Assembly: GCA_963664115.2 (NCBI GenBank)
Contig: CAXWPJ010000002.1
Coordinates: 256,001-320,000 of the forward strand
Source of the DNA: Terriglobia bacterium
GTDB taxonomy: Bacteria; Acidobacteriota; Terriglobia; 20CM-2-55-15
DNA: 64,000 nucleotides
Direction: 5' to 3'
Part shown: piece after piece, positions 61,299-64,000 of the stretch
Numbering within the stretch: the first letter of the stretch is position 1
Layout of the letters: each line of letters opens with the position of its first letter
Notes under the pieces: model-generated
The model's database searches: none
What the model was told of the DNA's origin: nothing
The model's input: only the letters and a program-made list of their open reading frames with translations
Translations under genes and position numbers: made by a program

Positions 61299-61529
61299 CT
61301 TCGGGGAGAAGTGCCTAGGAACTGAAATAACGCCGGATTACTAACGATAAGTCGCCAAGGGTTTACCTATCCTGCGGAAGTGAATAGCTCTACCATTCGG
61401 CGTTGCCGAGGACGAATCGTCGCGGCCGCAGGCCGTCGCGCGACCTCTTGCTTTCATGTTTCTTTATCGAGATTTTCAAAGCCAGATTGAAAGAGTCGGT
61501 TCAGTGCCGTCCTATGAGATAGTGGCGTC

Positions 61530-61928
61530 ATGTACTGGCCGCCAACTCGGACGTTTCTGAAATACATCGTCATTCAGATTCCGGGCTGGCTCGGGCTGGT
61601 AGGCGTGCTGCTTTTGCTGTGGCGTCGAGTGGAAATGCCCGCCTGGGCCGCCGGCACGCTGCTCGGTTGCTGGGTTGTGAAAGACCTTGCTCTCTATCCG
61701 TTCCTCCGACGGTCATACGAAGAAGATCCACGGACGGGAGTTGAGCGTATGGTGGGCCTCCGTGGAGTCGTCACCACCGACCTCACGCCAAAGGGTTACG
61801 TCCGCGTGCGCGGCGAGCTGTGGCGTGCGACGGCCCCAACAGGGCCCGTGCCCAGAGGAAGCACGGTGGAAGTCGTCAGTGCTGCTGGTCGTCTTACTTT
61901 GGCGGTTGAACGGGTGCCGGTGCCCTAA
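61530..61928 (+). CDS. NfeD-like membrane protein; last codons match the kinase tail
   Basis: TM helices then GxVxVRGELWRA OB-fold motif; ends ERVPVP*. Confidence 0.85.
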   Translation: MYWPPTRTFLKYIVIQIPGWLGLVGVLLLLWRRVEMPAWAAGTLLGCWVVKDLALYPFLRRSYEEDPRTGVERMVGLRGVVTTDLTPKGYVRVRGELWRATAPTGPVPRGSTVEVVSAAGRLTLAVERVPVP

Positions 61929-61934
61929 ACGACG

Positions 61935-61965
61935 GTGAAAATGATTCTCAAGTCCCGAGAAATCA
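61935..61965 (+). repeat. Left half of palindrome R16 (split by IS30)
   Basis: gtgaaaatgattctcaagtcccgagaa-atca|. Confidence 0.93.
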
Positions 61966-63214
61966 GGTGATCTCAACAGATCGATGCAACACTGTACCTA
62001 AAAGGAGGAGGTGGAGTGTATGCGTAAGAAACGACGGAAGAAACAGAGTAAAGACCGGGTGCGGCGAGGCTACACACTCGCCGATATAGACGAGGTGTGG
62101 ATTCGCTGGCAGCGGGGAGAGAGTCTGAAAGCGATCGGACGTGTGTTCGGAAAGGAGGGCTCTTCGGTTTATGGTCAGATCGCACCGTATGGTGGAATCT
62201 GTCCCAGGACACGATGCCGCTCTAAGCGGGCGCTGACCCTCGCCGAGCGTGAAGAGATTTCCCGAGGCATTGCCGCCAAGGGATCGATCCGTTCAATTGC
62301 CGAGTCGCTGTCGCGTACACCCTCCACAGTCAGTCGGGAGATCGGTCGCAATGGGGGCTATGATAACTATCGAGCGTTGGAGGCGGATGAACGCGCATGG
62401 GAACGGGCTCACCGCCCGAAGAGATGTCGACTGATCCGCTATCCCAGCTTACGCGGGATCGTCGAAGAGAAGCTCCGGGAGGATTGGGCACCGCGACAAA
62501 TTGCGGGTTGGCTGAAACGCGAATATCCAGACGACGAGTCACTTTACGTGTCACACGAAACGATCTATCGCAGCCTTTTCATCCAGGCCCGCGGGGCTCT
62601 GAAGAAAGAACTGACACAGCATCTACGGACCAAACGCACGATTCGCCGGTCCCAGCATGCCAGTCGCAAAGGCCGGGGTGGCGGGCAGATCCCGGATCTG
62701 ATATCGATCCGTGAGCGCCCGGCTTCGGTTGAAGATCGCGCGGTCCCCGGACACTGGGAAGGGGATCTCATAGCGGGTTCGAACAACACCTACATTGCGA
62801 CATTGGTCGAACGTTTCTCCCGGTACGTGATGCTGGTGAAGGTTCCGAATAAGGAAACCGAAACCGTCATCAACGCGCTGATCGAACACGCAGACAAACT
62901 CCCGACCGAACTCTATAAAACACTGACCTGGGATCGCGGATTGGAAATGGCCAATCACAAACGGTTCACTCTGGCCACCGACATTGCCGTTTACTTTTGC
63001 GATCCGAGGAGTCCCTGGCAACGGGGTTCGAACGAAAACACGAACGGTTTGCTCCGACAGTATTTCCCTAAAGGTACGGACTTGTCGGTTCACTCACAGG
63101 AGCATTTGGATATGATCGCAAGGAAGCTCAACGGGCGACCTCGTGAGACGCTGGACTTCGCTAATCCGGCAGAGACATTAAACGCAGGTGTTGCATCGAC
63201 CGGTTGATCTGAAT
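61966..63214 (+). mobile_element. IS30-family element inserted in the palindrome spacer
   Basis: IRs tcaacagatcgatgcaacac / gtgttgcatcgaccggttga; CA (or AATCA) duplicated. Confidence 0.9.
62020..63207 (+). CDS. IS30-family transposase
   Basis: SHETIY, GHWEGDLI, TWDRG, SPWQRGSNENTNGLLRQYFPK. Confidence 0.95.
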   Translation: MRKKRRKKQSKDRVRRGYTLADIDEVWIRWQRGESLKAIGRVFGKEGSSVYGQIAPYGGICPRTRCRSKRALTLAEREEISRGIAAKGSIRSIAESLSRTPSTVSREIGRNGGYDNYRALEADERAWERAHRPKRCRLIRYPSLRGIVEEKLREDWAPRQIAGWLKREYPDDESLYVSHETIYRSLFIQARGALKKELTQHLRTKRTIRRSQHASRKGRGGGQIPDLISIRERPASVEDRAVPGHWEGDLIAGSNNTYIATLVERFSRYVMLVKVPNKETETVINALIEHADKLPTELYKTLTWDRGLEMANHKRFTLATDIAVYFCDPRSPWQRGSNENTNGLLRQYFPKGTDLSVHSQEHLDMIARKLNGRPRETLDFANPAETLNAGVASTG

Positions 63215-63237
63215 CATCTTGTCGGACGTTGAGAATT
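63215..63237 (+). repeat. Right half of palindrome R16
   Basis: |catc-ttgtcggacgttgagaatt. Confidence 0.93.
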
Positions 63238-63278
63238 GGATGCACGGCTTACTACCATGTTCGGCGTAGAAGGACCAT

Positions 63279-63947
63279 ATGGATCGGCATTCGATAGTCC
63301 TAAGGGCCGCCAAACCCACGTTCGATGAAGGTCTGGCATTTGCCCGCTACCTTGACGAAGCAGCCGAAGGATTCTTTCGTATCATGCTCGGTCGCCGCGC
63401 CAGGTACATAGTTGCCACGGCGTTCGCCCAGCCCGACCACGACCTCTCCTACCAGTATGTGACTTGCGCAGAACGTGACAACGTCATCGTGGGAATGATC
63501 TCGGGGTTCACCGCGGAGCAGCATCGCCGTTCCTCGCGCCAACCTCTGAAGCGGGCTGCCGGAAGGCGTAATCTACGAATGAGGATCGTGCTCATACTGT
63601 TTGCTCCACTCATGCGGATTATCGATTCAATCGCCGATGGCGATTTCTACGGCCTGGCCATCGCTGTTGATAAGGAACTTCGCGGCCATGGCGTCGGCTC
63701 CCTCTTGATGAACTCCATTGAAGAGCGGGCTCGAGCGAGCGGATCGACTCGACTATCCGCCGACGTTTCAGCTAAGAATGAGGGATCTCGCCGATTCTGC
63801 GAGCGCCGCGGGATGAACGTCGAGTCGCAGTGGCCGAAGCGATGGGCTATACCGGGATTGAAGTTCTATCGAATGACAAAAGAGCTCCGAGCCTTCAACC
63901 GTGAAAATGATTCTCAAGTCCTGACAAATCATCTTCTCGGACCTTGA
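63279..63947 (+). CDS. GNAT family N-acetyltransferase; reads into R17
   Basis: AIAVDKELRGHGVGSLL acetyl-CoA motif; stop codon lies inside the repeat. Confidence 0.85.
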   Translation: MDRHSIVLRAAKPTFDEGLAFARYLDEAAEGFFRIMLGRRARYIVATAFAQPDHDLSYQYVTCAERDNVIVGMISGFTAEQHRRSSRQPLKRAAGRRNLRMRIVLILFAPLMRIIDSIADGDFYGLAIAVDKELRGHGVGSLLMNSIEERARASGSTRLSADVSAKNEGSRRFCERRGMNVESQWPKRWAIPGLKFYRMTKELRAFNRENDSQVLTNHLLGP

Positions 63948-63954
63948 GAATTTC
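63901..63954 (+). repeat. Palindromic dispersed repeat, copy R17 (extended arms)
   Basis: gtgaaaatgattctcaagtcctgacaa-atcatc-ttctcggaccttgagaatttca. Confidence 0.95.
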
Positions 63955-64000
63955 AGCGAACGAAAACTCTCCTCTCGCCTGCCGTTCCTCGATTGGCTTT

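Noticed and set aside
686-63954. Palindromic repeat as a CRISPR array
   Set aside because: Copies are separated by 0.15-20 kb containing whole genes, not 30-40 bp spacers; no cas genes are present
686-63954. Repeat as classical attC or XerCD dif/pdif site
   Set aside because: No RYYYAAC...GTTRRRY ends, core shorter than typical attC, no match to XerC/XerD arms, and no intI in the window; only the general architecture is similar
686-63954. Repeat as a rho-independent terminator
   Set aside because: No U-tract, stem not GC-rich, and it occurs at 5' ends of genes as well as 3' ends with fixed orientation

Overview
GC-rich (about 60%, estimated by eye) bacterial accessory region. Gene content (DUF6152/DUF6644-like proteins, a PQQ dehydrogenase, remnants of '...[13 protein letters not shown]' Ser/Thr kinases) suggests Acidobacteriota, which is an inference. 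No rRNA, tRNA or CRISPR array is visible. The main unexplained structure is a dispersed 40-55 bp imperfect palindrome, TTCTCAAGTCCTGASAA-ATCATC-TTSTCGGACGTTGAGAA. It has 10 well-conserved copies, all in the same orientation, plus about 5 degenerate copies and 2 inverted copies with a different spacer. Consecutive copies often bracket single cargo genes, sit beside 5' and 3' stubs of a Ser/Thr kinase gene, and one copy is split at its centre by an IS30 element. This looks like an integron-like cassette array with an unfamiliar recombination site; no recombinase is encoded in the window. Other content: a strongly expanded family of secreted His-His N-terminal (DUF6152-like) proteins with beta-rich partners, napA plus a tetraheme NapB-like protein behind a sigma54 promoter, an exported CobN-like/ExbB/DUF2149 (hmu-like) cluster, an IS-disrupted peroxiredoxin-like gene with a candidate UxxC selenocysteine motif, two near-identical IS1380 copies, one IS630, and many truncated gene fragments.
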